A stretch of DNA of 64,000 bases from Phoronis australis. Its lineage: Eukaryota; Animalia; Phoronida. The notes under the pieces are model-generated. The model saw only the letters and a program-made list of their open reading frames with translations. It was not told where the DNA came from and searched no databases. The stretch spans positions 1-64,000 of the forward strand of contig NMRA01000993.1 of the NCBI GenBank assembly GCA_002633005.1, in the 5' to 3' direction. Below are positions 51,901 to 64,000 of this stretch, one piece after another. The translations under genes and the position numbers were made by a program. Every line of letters starts with the position of its first letter. Within the stretch, counting starts at the first letter, position 1.

Positions 51901-54784
51901 GGCGACTTCCGATTCAGTGAATGCTTGTAGAAATAATAATAATAATAACAATATGTAAAGCAATGCAGCTTCTTTGTTGTCTTTCAATCAGTGCCAAGAG
52001 TTTCTTTATTTCTGGTGCCTATGACATCAGACACGTGGCTACAGCTGTATATGGAACGCCCCTAGCGTCACCTTCTGACGGGTCTTTTCAGACACGTTAC
52101 GAGTCATCGAGGCGCGTCAGAGTTGACTCAAAATATACTTCCCAAATGTGTCAAGTTACCGCCCATTTACTGTGGGACCAATAAGACTTTGTCATTTGCT
52201 CAGCTATGACGTATGCTTCGATGTCAGTTAGTTTACGCCCCAACTGACCCGATATTTGACTAGCCTAAAAGGTCATTAGCCACCCCACTTTGCATTTGAC
52301 GAATAAGGGACAAGTTAACATTCACACTCGTATCAATTAAATGAATCATAATCCACCTCTGTGGAGTTAAGCGCCCAGCAACAGTATAACGGTGGCTTCT
52401 GCGTTACAATAGCATGCAACGTCAAATTGTTATAAATATAAACGAGGCAATGCTGTGAGTGACGAGGAGTGGATGATTGTGACCTTGGAGTCACGATGAG
52501 TTTCACAATGCTGTGCCAACAGTTGTAGCTTTTATTCGCTTGATCACTGAAGATGTACCAGTTGCTATTACAGTCTTGTTCAGTGGAGACAGGCTGTCGT
52601 GTAGATTGTGAGGTTGTTTTTACACGAGGCAGTACCAAAGGGGAATTTAAGGGCGGGGGGTAAGGGGGGGCCATGCCCTCCCCTAATATTCTCCCAGATT
52701 CCATTTGGTAGTACGGGGGTGCAAATGTCTGACGGGCTAATACTCCTCCCTGGCCCCCCTAACTCAAAATTCTGGATGTGCCCCTGAGTGCTGGCCATTT
52801 TTATAATATATTTTTTACGTCAAATGCTCGGTGAAGACAGGGTATGCTAAAAGTTGTTTTTTGTGAGAAAGTTGTTGCCTGTTATTGTTTGTTCTTTGAA
52901 GTACTAAAAACTAAAACGCCGTAAAATGCATTAAATTGGTCAGTGAAAAAGTCTTTTCAAAATTTATTGAATAAATTTTACTGACCACAGCATCATTTTA
53001 ATGCGTTTGACCGTGTTTTTCTGTTTTTTACCTTACATCGGTAATGGCCTTCATACAGGGAAATGAATGTTTCTTGCACTTCTTAGCCAAGTACGAGTAG
53101 GGATTTGCGAGAACTCTTAAACATGTCGTGCGTTTGAACTTAAAACATTAAGTAGCATAGGAGGATTTAGGGGGGTCGCCCCCCGGCTGCCACACGCAAA
53201 ATGAAGCAGCAACAGCGTGAACCGTGAGGAAATATAGAGTTCAGCAACTAGGACCGGTAGCGGATGAGGGGGGCTCACATACCAGAGGAATCGTGTCCAC
53301 CGATAGATTTTCTGAAGGGAACGTCCACATCCCGGCCCCCATAACTTTCGGGCCCCTGTGCACATACAATCGCGCTTTGCCCAATTCCCCAAGGCAACAT
53401 GTTGGGCACCCCTTATGGTATCCTAGATCTGCTACTGAGTAGAGATGCCTTTAATAAAGGGACAATGTCTCTCTAATTGAGAAGCCATACGGTGGCCAGA
53501 GGCATGACATTTGAATTATAGGATTACCATAACAATACTTCTGTTTCTTTTCAAGATATGTTTGAAGGACTGTATAACACAATATATGAAATTGCTTAGC
53601 AATACAAGTGTTTGAGATTTGCCTAGGAATAGCAGTTTCACCTTCAACAGTGGTGGTAATATCAGGTGTCCCAAAAGCATTCAGCTGATATTGGAGCTAT
53701 GGGATGTCCCAATAAAAATTGGCACAAAGTAATTTTATGTTATTTCCAATGAGAACATGAATTATGTAAGAAAAGCTGTAAAAATTCTTTAATACCCTGA
53801 CACATCCTTGGGGATGATTGATACTGAGGATGTTTTCTATTTTTTATCGTAGGTTTGGCCTAGTAATTAAAAATACATCCAATCAAGATCATGTCAGAAA
53901 ATTATTAATGCCCAGGCTTCTAATTGAAGCTTTATCATACAGTAGTCACAGGTCTTTGAACAGCAATTCAGCCATGACCACAAATATCAAGGCTTTAAAA
54001 TCACATTTAAAGCCAGTCGAGAGCAGAATCCCACAAATTACGTCAAACATACACAGGAAAGAATTGACAGAACAAACTAACAACTTAATGAATCCTTCCC
54101 ATTCAATGCAGAAACTCTAGTATAACAGATTACAAGTTACTAGCTTGTGAAAGACCATTTCAACTGGTAAATTAACATGAGCACCTCGCCTATGAATATG
54201 AACTTGTAATAGAATTTACAAATCGCAGTGTTTTCTGATACACTTGTAAGCTGTGAGTTTCTATAATGTATAGTGAAGATACAAGTTCGTCAAGCCAAGA
54301 TAGGTTGTTACTTGAGAGAGGACATGGAGAACATTCTGGAGCTATTCATTCTTGGGTATGTAGATCAGCATTTGTAGACATGTTTCTCGAACAGCTCAGC
54401 AGTCAGATTGCTGTACGGCAGTGCCAACACTTGCAGAACAAACAGCCTGTATGATGACTCTCTGTTCACAAACCATGGTGGTTCCATTGACCTTAAAAGG
54501 CTTTCAATGATTGATTAATTTTGAGTAAAAACACATAGTGCAAGCACCAAAAGGACAGATAATCATCTGGATCCAAAACACGTTTCTCCTCTAAAAAATG
54601 GTGACACCACGCCACATATCTCGCCACAGTCTTTCTATCCTCTGATTGTACACACTTTTTCCTTGAATGGCACTCCCTCTGTCCAGATCACGGAACATTT
54701 CCATGAATGCACCATGGTCACATCTAACTCGCGAGGGTACACCTTACTTCATTACCGCTTTTTGAAAGCAATCAAGGACAGTTG

Positions 54785-55720
54785 GGTTCATAGAGGGGCA
54801 GACGCCAAAAATAGACAAGAAAACAGTAAAAAATGCCACTAGATGGCGCAAAATACGTCCAACCAATAACAAAATAGGAAAATGTCACCACTTCTTTAAT
54901 AGAAACGTATTTACAAAATTTCATACAAATCCATCAAGGAACTTCAGAGAAACAGAGGAAAATGAAAAAAATGAAATTGCCGGAAAATGGTGTCATACCA
55001 CTAATTGAAGCCCATGTGAAAAATTTCATGAAAATCCGTTGAGGTGAACATAAAAAATAAAAATTGCCACTAGGGGGCACACCGATAGTCCGATCCGTCT
55101 GAAAGCTGTCGTAGTTTGTTGTCGACTTCATACAAATACACCACCTCAATTTAGTACAGATCCTGCATAGCGCTAAGGAGATACAGCCATGGGCACAAAA
55201 ACAAACAAAATTGCCACTAGGAGGCGCCACAGCAGTTGAAGTCGTCAGAAAATCATCGTCAGCTGTCCTGGTCATAGTAACAACCTATATGCCAATTTTC
55301 ATAATCATCCTTGGAGTAGTTTGGTTGATAGAGGGGCAGACGCCAAAAAACAAGACAACAAAAATGGCCACTAGTGGTTCAAAATACCGCAAATATATCT
55401 GAAAACGAGAGGTTAGCGTCATCTCACTGATAGATGCCCATATTTCAAATTTTATGAAAATCATTTTAGGATCTCTGAAGATATCGAAATAAGCGTAAAA
55501 AGTAAAATTGCCACTAGGGGGCACACCGGTGGTCGGATAGGTCTGAAATTTGTCATCATCTGTTGTCAGCTTCATAGAAACACATCTATCAAATCTCTTC
55601 AAGATCCTGTGAGGGATTAAGGAGATACAGATGCGGACGCACATAAACATGTGGGCGCATAAAAATGAACGGTTTTGGCAATTATTATGATCTGAAATTA
55701 GTGAAATTTTACCGCATTGC
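54785..55720 (+). repeat. Second ~150-bp-periodic CCACTAG repeat, adjoining the transposase core
   Basis: Motifs at 54836, 55067, 55214, 55368, 55511; 55060-55190 duplicated at 55505-55635. Confidence 0.7.
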
Positions 55721-57061
55721 ATGCCAAGAACAGCGTCAGGAAATTTTGAACTTGTTCAAAATCATTTCAACGTCGCACAACAGGTCTACAACAGATCTAT
55801 ATCGTAACACTGTGGTGCGGTGCCTCACATTTGTTGTATGATAGTTGTACGACTGACATACGATCTTTGGGTTATCCGAGTCTAGAATAGTCCTACAATC
55901 GTACTAGACAACCCACATACCACGAATGTGACAGGGGCTTAAGCAGCATCTGTATACAGTTGACAGTTCCATTCCATTTTTCAAAGCATTCATGACAATT
56001 CTGGTTAAAGAACAAACAGTACCTCCATTATAGAGAACATAACATGAAAATTCACAGCTTGAGGCTAGATTAAATGCATTTAAAATTACTGCTGTCACAC
56101 TCATGCATTTTTCTTCTTGACATAAACATCGTATGTATGTTTTAACATCACATTAAAAGCATTTTGTTCCAGTGTTCTGTTTCAGAAAACATCTTGAGAA
56201 CCATATTGAAAGTAAACAACAAATTTACAGGGCTCATTTTTGGAGCACACTACATGTCCTGGGCACAATTAAATTTCATACGACATACTGAAATCTTGTC
56301 TCGCACGTCATTTGGTATGTTCGTTTTCCTCAGCCTGCAACTGAGCACATGTGCCACCAACATTTAAGTAGAACTTGCTTTGATTATGATGGTCGAACTA
56401 TTAATGTACATCGTTCTTTAGTTTTCTCAATGCCCATTCAAGACTTAAGATAAAAGTACAATTTTGATATATTTTTGGACAATTACTCCTATTTTTGTTA
56501 CTCCCAGAGTTGGGTGGAATTGTGTTTTTTCAAAAACAAGAAGAGTTGGTCTATAATCGGAGCACCATGGTGCATCTGTATGAGGTGACTCGCACGCACA
56601 TAATTGCGAAGCTTAAGTACATGCACATATATGTGCGGAACATTTGAGTACGAAAGTTTGGCAAAAAATGGATTGACTTGTTTCACATGCGCTTATTTGC
56701 AGGTTTTGACGGTAATTATAATCCACTGATAAATAATTTAGTTGAACTTTGAAGTGCAATTTAAGAATACAAACCAACTGTGCTTCCAACAGCTGAGTCT
56801 AGTTGTGAGTCTGCAACCTCATTGTATTATCTTGAATACTTGGCATACTCCCTGAGGACGAAGAAACATCGACATATTAACGTCGAAGACTATGCACCAT
56901 GCGTGGCTTTAGGATACACCTGTCAAGAGTGTGCATACTACTTCAAGTGATTGCTTAACAGTTACATAAACACAAAATGTAAAATGTGTCAAATAGGGAT
57001 AGTAACTGCACTATTACTGTTTAAAGGGGTTTGACACAGTTTGCCAAAAAGTTGAAAAGCA

Positions 57062-57300
57062 GTAGTCTAGTTGCCAAAAAGTTGACCCTGCAAAGTTGTT
57101 TACTGTAAAGTTTTCTTTTGGAAATTTATTATATATGGTTAGGAGAATAAAAGTAACTTGGTTGCATTTTGTGCAACTTTGAACATTTTTTATAGTTCAA
57201 GATGGCGGCTTCCGCCACCTTGAATTTCGCCTAATTTCCACACTCTGTACATGATACCGTGTAGGAACATGTAATTCATGGTTTCCAATGTTCAATGGAT
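57062..57300. repeat. Third, partial copy of the Academ-like non-autonomous repeat
   Basis: Reverse complement of 13640-13880. Confidence 0.6.
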
Positions 57301-58571
57301 GAGATTTACCAGAAACAATCTAAAGATTCTTTACTATACCACAAAAATGATACAATTGCACGTGATATGGTAGAGGAAGTAACTCCCATTGATTCGGCCA
57401 TCTCTTGTCGTGTGAAGTTTGCCTTTATCATACACTCTAAGTGAGATGAGGTTCTGTCAAACTTTGATTGTGCCCAAATATCGTTGCCCCTGCAATGTAC
57501 ATGTGTTTTCACATGTAATACACATCACACACTGAAATGTTAAACAAAAGAATAGAGAGCTTTTGTATATGGCCAGTTACAGGATACCAAATACACATAT
57601 ATTCGTAAACAACATCACGCTGAAATGCACACAGGTGAGTTTTGGTCATGTAAAACGAGGGACATCTGTATGGAATCATTTTCAAATAGGTTTTTGGTAC
57701 TAATTATTCAGTAACCAGTCATCCTTACGTTCTCTATTAACTCGTGCAATAAATCTGGCAGCACTGAACACCTAGTCATGCACATAGGAATAACCTGAAA
57801 ATGCTATTACCCACAGTAGAGGGATCTCAAGGTAAAGGTGACATGCTGGTACCTTTAATAAGCATCGGTTCAATTGTTAAAATTACACTGTGTTAAAAAG
57901 AGGTAGTCATATTACTAGTACTCATTCAATTGATTTACAAGGCCAAAACTACAATACGCAAACAATGATGCTCACTTGATTCATATGCCGCTTGATCTGC
58001 CTCCTCCATTAACCTCCTAGCAAAATTCAATAGTTTTGCTGCATAAGCCTGATCAACACCACCACCAATAACAGCATTTTGTATACTTCTAGTTAAACTA
58101 GTCAACCTGTAAAATAACAATAAGTTATTTATCAAACTGTTACTCTGGAAGGGCCAGGCACATTGCAAGACACTGAGAATATTTTTGTCTCAACATCAAT
58201 TTCTGTGTAATAGATGGCTGGGCCAAATCCATTATTCATAGGAAACGACTCAAACATGAGAGTAAACTGCCGCAAGGGCTTTTTGAAGAAATGTGGGCGT
58301 CCTGTTATAGGGACTGGTGCAAATTTTTAGTAAACACCTTTCACACAAGAATGCAAGATTGACAGATCACACAAAAATCTGGGGTACTAGTATCAAGGTT
58401 CAGTGTTCATGCCTATTGGAGTACCGTTCATTCAGTAACGTGACACATTCAAGGAATTTGCCAGCTTTTGGCCACATTCATTCAAGATATGTGTCTTTTT
58501 CACTATATAGTGTGTAGGAGGGGGCAGAATTTTCTGGGTAAGCCACTCTGAGGCCGAAACTTGCTTTGAGC

Positions 58572-59061
58572 TGCTGTACGTGAACTTGGAATCCTGCTTA
58601 ATCTCAAGATTAAGCGGAAGTGAGTGTTGCGTGAACTTGGAATACGCGAAGCAACTTGACAAGTTCACTCAAATAATCACGTTCATGTTCGTAAAAATTT
58701 GCACTGCATTCAAATCAAGTTACAATTGAATAAAATATTGTCAATTTTAACCAACCTTTTTAACTACGAGCGATCAGTTTCACCACCCAATAATCAATTA
58801 ACCCTTCACATATTCCACCTGTTCAGCGACATTAGTTATGGTAAAGGAGAAAATGGTTGATCGCGAGGCCAATAATTACAAAAATCCTTTTCACCGAAAA
58901 AAAATTTCTGATCACCTTTTTGCCTTAAAGAATATTCAATTCCAAGTTCACGCAACACTCACTTCCGCTTAATCTTGAGATTAAGCAGGATTCCAAGTTC
59001 ACGCAACACTCACTTCCGCTTAATCTTGAGATTAAGCAGGATTCCAAGTTCACGCACAGCA
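58572..59061. mobile_element. MITE with inverted ends built from 51-bp hairpin-containing units
   Basis: Unit TTCCAAGTTCACGCAACACTCACTTCCGCTTAATCTTGAGATTAAGCAGGA twice at 58940-59041 plus a partial copy; inverted copy at about 58575-58643. Confidence 0.8.
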
Positions 59062-61450
59062 CAGCCACGTGGCAAGCACTGAAACCTGGGGCTACATCAG
59101 TCTTCTTTTTGTGAATTTAGGTCAGAGGTATATACATGTGTCCCTCTATGATTTTTTGTGTCACTGATTACAAAAGAGGGAATTTCTGGTTTCCAAGTAG
59201 GTTAAATACCTTTTTGGTAGCCAAATTCTGACCTCTTGGTGGCACACTTTCACTAGAGTAGAGAACCACCCCTCCCTTCTGATGAAATTAACCCAAACAA
59301 AAGGCGGTTTTTGGGAAAATTTTTGTCAAAAAGTGAGTTTTCCAAGGAGTTTCTTACAGATGGGCCCCTTTGCCGGTACTGCGATATAGAGTCCACTCTC
59401 TAAATGGGTGTGCATCATAATTTTCCAAATCAGAAGTACCTTCCCGACTTCCCGTAGTAGTCTTTAGACTATAGTTAATTGTCAACACGGGGTACGACTC
59501 TATTCGTTTGCACAACCTACACTGATAGTACACAAATCGAGCACACACGGCCAACAAAAATGACAACTTACTTCGCTTTCACTAAAGTGACGGTTTCTTG
59601 CAACACTTGGTCCATTGAAATATGTCTACAGCAACACTCTAGGTCACGTTTACAATCGACAACAAATTCAGACATCGTGACATCGATCCCAGTACACAAG
59701 CTTGCACCACGAAGTTCCATTATAAATGTCGCGCTTCTTCTGACCGCCATGTTGGCTTAACTCTTTTGCACTCGCCGACACGCGCTTACGCTTTGCTGTT
59801 GGTCGTACTCATGTTTGGTGAAAGGAATTCCTGGAATGCACCATCACAAGAAATTGTCGTCGCCGTACCCATCTTCGTTATTAGTACTTGCTGATCGTAC
59901 AAATTCCTTGAAGCCATCCCGAATGCACATTTCCGGGACACTTCCGTGTTCAGTAACTCCTGTTTTTGTCTCTTGGAATACTAAGTCGATATATGATTGA
60001 CAACCTTTGTTCTTGTCAGTCACCTCAAAACATGACGATCTCATTGGTTTAGTCAACACACTGTAAAACCTTAACACTGATTGGTTCTTTTGAGAACATC
60101 CACACGAGTTCGACAGCATCATTGACGCGTCAGCGTGTCAAAAATGACTCGTCACGTGTCAGAAAAGACCCGTCACAAGGTGACGCTAGGGGCGTTCCAT
60201 AGCTGTATACATGTACGTGTATGTACATGTATGTACCACGATACGTGTTGAAGTAAAATACATTTATTCATAGTGAGCTCGCCACGAACTCTCCCTAAAA
60301 ACCACGCAAAACTTAGTTTTGAGAAACCTGACAACTCACTGTTCAGGTTAGAACTAGGACCAATATCAAAAGGACTGGCAACTGCTTCAAACAACAAAGA
60401 AAACCTCAACTCTTGCTATATTATGATCGCCACGCGAGACTTCACGATAGCGTTGTTTTGCCCTGTTTGCCGTCGCCATATTGTTCTCGATTTGTCTTGG
60501 AAGTCTCTGGTGTAATTCGACGGATAATCTTTCCTTGGATATTATACTAAAAGAAGGTAAGACATTTTCTATAGATCTGGTGTAACGATTGATGTGGTAA
60601 AGTCATAGTATAGAACTCGAGGTCATCTATATTTTTGTCGTAAGTATCGATTTCGTTCCCCCGGTTTTAGTCGCTTGCACTCGCTTGGATGTGGAAAGCA
60701 ATTTATCGAATTGGTGAAAATCTACCAATTTGTTACTGAAATTGTAAGCAAATGCCGCCACACCGAACATTGAATTAACCAATGTCGTGAACAGTTGTCT
60801 TTGTTTTACTGTTTGAAGAAGTCCATTTTTTATTGTTTTCGTTTTTTTTTCCTGCAAACGAAGATCAAAAATGCGCGTAATATTGGAATTGATCGTAAGT
60901 GCCTAAAACTGCGTCTGTATCAACACGGAAATCGTGAATTTCATAACATTATTCTGAAATTCGTTTGCGTTGTTGACTGTCATATTTATGCAATTTCAGT
61001 TAAAGTGATGTTGTTATTTTGGTGTGACGCAGCCGTTTTATTAGCTGCTAAAAACTTCAAAAAAGTTTAAGGAAATAATGTGATTGGAATCCATGATGGC
61101 CGCCACCATCTGCCGCCGGTCACTCTGTTGTCGACTTCATTGTAATTCGAATGTAGGGCAGCTGCTAGTTGCCACAAAATGTTTATTATTATTCAGAATT
61201 TCAATGTTTGTTTCAGAATCAAAAAACTTTAGCTCTCAAGAAGTGGGGGAAATTGGTGAAACAAAGGTTCTAGCTGACTTGGGCTTAATGAGATAAGTTT
61301 TTCTTGACTTTATTTTTGCAGCTTTATTCAATCACCTCCATTCTGAGCAGTTTGATTTTACTGTCAGTTGTGAATGTCCTTAAAGTTACTGTCTACGTTC
61401 ATTAACAAGGATCCAATTTCTTGGATAACTTTTCAATTATTAATAATCAG

Positions 61451-61692
61451 GGGCCTGTTCCTAGAAACTGACTTCAGTAAAGTTTTGACTTAAGTCTGTG
61501 ATTTATCTTAAGTTCCAAACTTTGAAATTCCACATTTGGAAAGTTAGTCAAAATTAAGACAAAATTAAGGTAACACACTTATGTCAAACTTAAGATCTCT
61601 TTCTTGAATTGGTTTTGAAACAAATCTATTTTTTTAAATTTACTAAAATTTAAGATTTGTCTTAGCTATGTCAGTTTTGTTGGAACGGGCCC
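61451..61692. mobile_element. Harbinger/Tourist-type MITE
   Basis: TIRs GGGCCTGTTCC / GGAACGGGCCC with 3-bp CAG duplication. Confidence 0.75.
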
Positions 61693-62569
61693 CAGGACTC
61701 GACACAACGACCTGCTGGTCGCATTTGCGATCTGGAAATGCGAGCTGAGATTTTTGCCATCTCGTAACAAGTTGTAAAATGCGACCTAGATTTTCCAACG
61801 TATGCAAACTGAGATTTTACACTTCTCGGAAGATATCAGTAGAAAATAACTCGCGTGAATCCGACCATTATTTGATAATGCGAAATCAAGTTCAAAAGAA
61901 CACTAACCAAGAAAAGCCCACCCGATGACTTATAAGCATGTGGCGTGAACATGGATAATGCAGAATTGATCTTCAACGCATTTCATTGGCTAACATTTTC
62001 GGCTACTTTTGCAAATTTCCGGCTGTGCCGAAGAGAGTTTCGGACCACGGCATAATGTGTGATAAAATGACACAATACGGGTGTTTCTACTAAGTCCTAG
62101 ACGATCAACCTGCCAAATTTTGTGATGGAAAGCAGCTCTGTTTTTCAAGTAAGATGTCCTTATTATCAAATATCCACGACAAAATCCCTGATGTTGCTTT
62201 TCTGCACTGGTTGGTGCCGTTGTTAGCGCACAAGCCACACTCCGGGCAGACGACCGTGACTTGGAAATGTGCATCTCGTTATTTATCGCAACAATTTCCC
62301 GGCGGTTATGAAAGTTCCGATGCCTTAATGATATTACCCGGAACTGATTTTTATAGCATCGATCCCTGATAAAAGACCCACAGAATGTATATTTTTCAAA
62401 TTCTTGAGAATCCTCAAGGATTTCAAAATATATAAATGTAGTTTTACGGGTCTACTGTTAAGTATTGAAATGTTATGTAAAAATATTAAATCTTTAAGCA
62501 GTGACTGTAAGACATAAAGATCTATATTTTGAAGAGACTTCACATGTTGCAATATTCTGTGTTTCAGAA

Positions 62570-63320
62570 GATGCCAAAACCGCCAAGAACGCAAAAAGTA
62601 TGGTATCATAGTAAGGAGGACAAGAGGAAGAGTTGTTAAAACACACGCTGAACATCCGTATTCATGTGTGAGTCAGCCATAGGAACAGTCGTCGCATCCT
62701 TCAGTTGGTTCATCGTTTTGGGAAATTCACAATTTCAATTATGCTGGCAGTGGGTACGACCATGAAGAAAGGATGGACCTTGACGGTCATCATGCGGATG
62801 AATTTTATGTCATCTTGGACAGTGGCCCCGTTCTCGTCAGTCCAGACAGATACACTGACGTGTTGTACAAGACACTGCGTATGAGAAACTGAAATTGTGT
62901 GAAAAACAGTGAGCCACCAGAAGGCTATTTTTACTATTCAAAGTGTAACTGTATTCAATATGTCAGTCTGATTGAAGGTAACAACCCCTCTTTGAAATTC
63001 TCAGTTACTATATATTGAGATTTTTTGCTCATGTGAATGTTCACACAAAAATGTTGCCTGCTTCCAGTGTTTTTTTGGACTGGCTTACCCAGTGATGAAA
63101 ACAGTCTACCTAATAGGTTATCTATGTTTAATGTCTGTTCTTGTAACGATAAGGAGGACTTCCAGTGCTTTGTCTCTATTGGGTGTGGCATATCGGGTAG
63201 TCAGGCACAGTCAATTCAGGCATATCGGGAATTGTATAACTGTCAGTCAACAATTAGACATGTAGGTTGTGAACTTCTTGTCTGGCAAGGCCAATTATGT
63301 TGTAGGTGTAGGCTCTATAC
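62570..63320 (+). pseudogene. Possible P-element-like transposase N-terminal remnant
   Basis: MPKPPR start; later VCSCND..F....G....AYRE....STIRHVGCELLV....CCRCRLY Cys/His pattern; cut by a G-rich repeat near 63325. Possible left terminus CATAGTATAG at 60604. Confidence 0.4.
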
Positions 63321-64000
63321 ACCTGTCATAGGCGGATTTAGGGGGGGGCAGGGGGCCCGCCCCCCCTCGTGTGGTATATCAATGCGTGTTGTGGCCGATA
63401 AATGGCGCGCACGTGGTAAAAAGTAAAACAACACACGAATACTTTAACAATAGAATACGTCTATTAATTTGCAGCGTTGTGATTTACAAATTAAAGATTA
63501 CAATAAGTTGTGAGACTGACGACTAACTGATTGAGACAAGGTATCCCTACTAGAAAACTACTAATCAACAGTGCCACTGGTTCCCGTAGCTACCGCACAC
63601 GTTAACACAAAACAAGTCACAACAGAACTAACCCTTCAGAACAATCACTAGCCAGTTCAAATTGACTAACAGGCTGAGACCAACGCCCGTGATAAATGTC
63701 TATACCTCAGATGTTCTTTTCCCCTTGACTCTTGGTCACTGAAGTTGTTCGTCTGGCCCCGGCTTCGTCTTAGAAGTTTGAAGGTTATCTTCCAGCTCTG
63801 GAGTCGTGCCCCGTAGTCTGCAGTTTTGATCTAAGGTGGATCCAGTCTGCCCTGGTCTCGAGAGCCAGTGCTTTAAATACTAAACTAAGTGGCATCACGG
63901 ATGGACCCACTCTATATGTACATATATGTCCATCTCTCTATGACGAGCTGAATATAACGAACTAACTGACCACACGATGGACTCACTCTGCATGTACATA

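Larger units (their letters stand above)
54250..58350 (-). pseudogene. IS3EU-type DDE transposase remnants
   Basis: HTH FTRQEMAESMGVTSSTISR (~57350-57420); YNEVADSQLDSAV (~56790-56830); [21 protein letters not shown]...[21 protein letters not shown]...LDP...CLHYVFL...WNHH (54470-54783). Confidence 0.8.
52050..60201 (-). mobile_element. IS3EU-type DNA transposon (8.15 kb), decayed, with nested insertions
   Basis: ~60-bp TIRs TATGGAACGCCCCTAGCGTCACCTT; 6-bp TSD GCTGTA (52044-52049, 60202-60207); integrase-type transposase remnants inside. Confidence 0.85.

Noticed and set aside
52630-53440. G-rich tracts as G-quadruplex regulatory sites (also ~1570 and ~63335)
   Set aside because: They are ends of short dispersed repeats nested in other elements; no evidence of function.
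56850-56890. CTGAGGA...GAAAC hammerhead-like word
   Set aside because: No helices I/III; overlaps the antisense of the IS3EU transposase remnant.
58940-59060. CRISPR-like palindromic direct repeats
   Set aside because: Units are contiguous with no unique spacers, no cas genes, eukaryotic context; part of a TIR element.
63480-64000. Possible solo LTR on the minus strand
   Set aside because: No second copy, PBS or TSD visible; runs to the window edge.

Overview
Eukaryotic (animal, probably marine invertebrate) AT-rich, intron-rich DNA. No prokaryotic features, rRNA/tRNA genes or CRISPR. The one clear host gene is the 3' part of a + strand astacin-family (M12A) metalloprotease (27613-51282): an astacin C-terminal exon, a Cys-rich EGF-like exon, then tandemly duplicated phase 1-1 ShKT exons (4 intact, 1 that lost its splice acceptor, 3 decayed). 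Its 5' catalytic exons (HEXXH, SxMHY) were not found; a single N at 19197 may mark an assembly join. A possible signal-peptide exon of a second, minus-strand gene lies at 3719-3788. Most of the rest is nested, largely decayed transposons: two ISL2EU-type, three Kolobok-type, Academ, an 8.15-kb IS3EU-type, a GalEa-type Copia, an RNase H LINE, L1/Tx1, CR1/L2 and Penelope remnants, SINEs, MITEs and Helentron-like repeats. Most notable: (1) paralogous copies in the window show TA becoming TA-CATG-TA, i.e. the abundant TACATGTA motif behaves like a Tc1/mariner excision footprint; (2) birth and death of ShKT exons; (3) ~150-bp-periodic CTCF-like motif arrays. All family calls come from reading motifs by eye; no database search was run.
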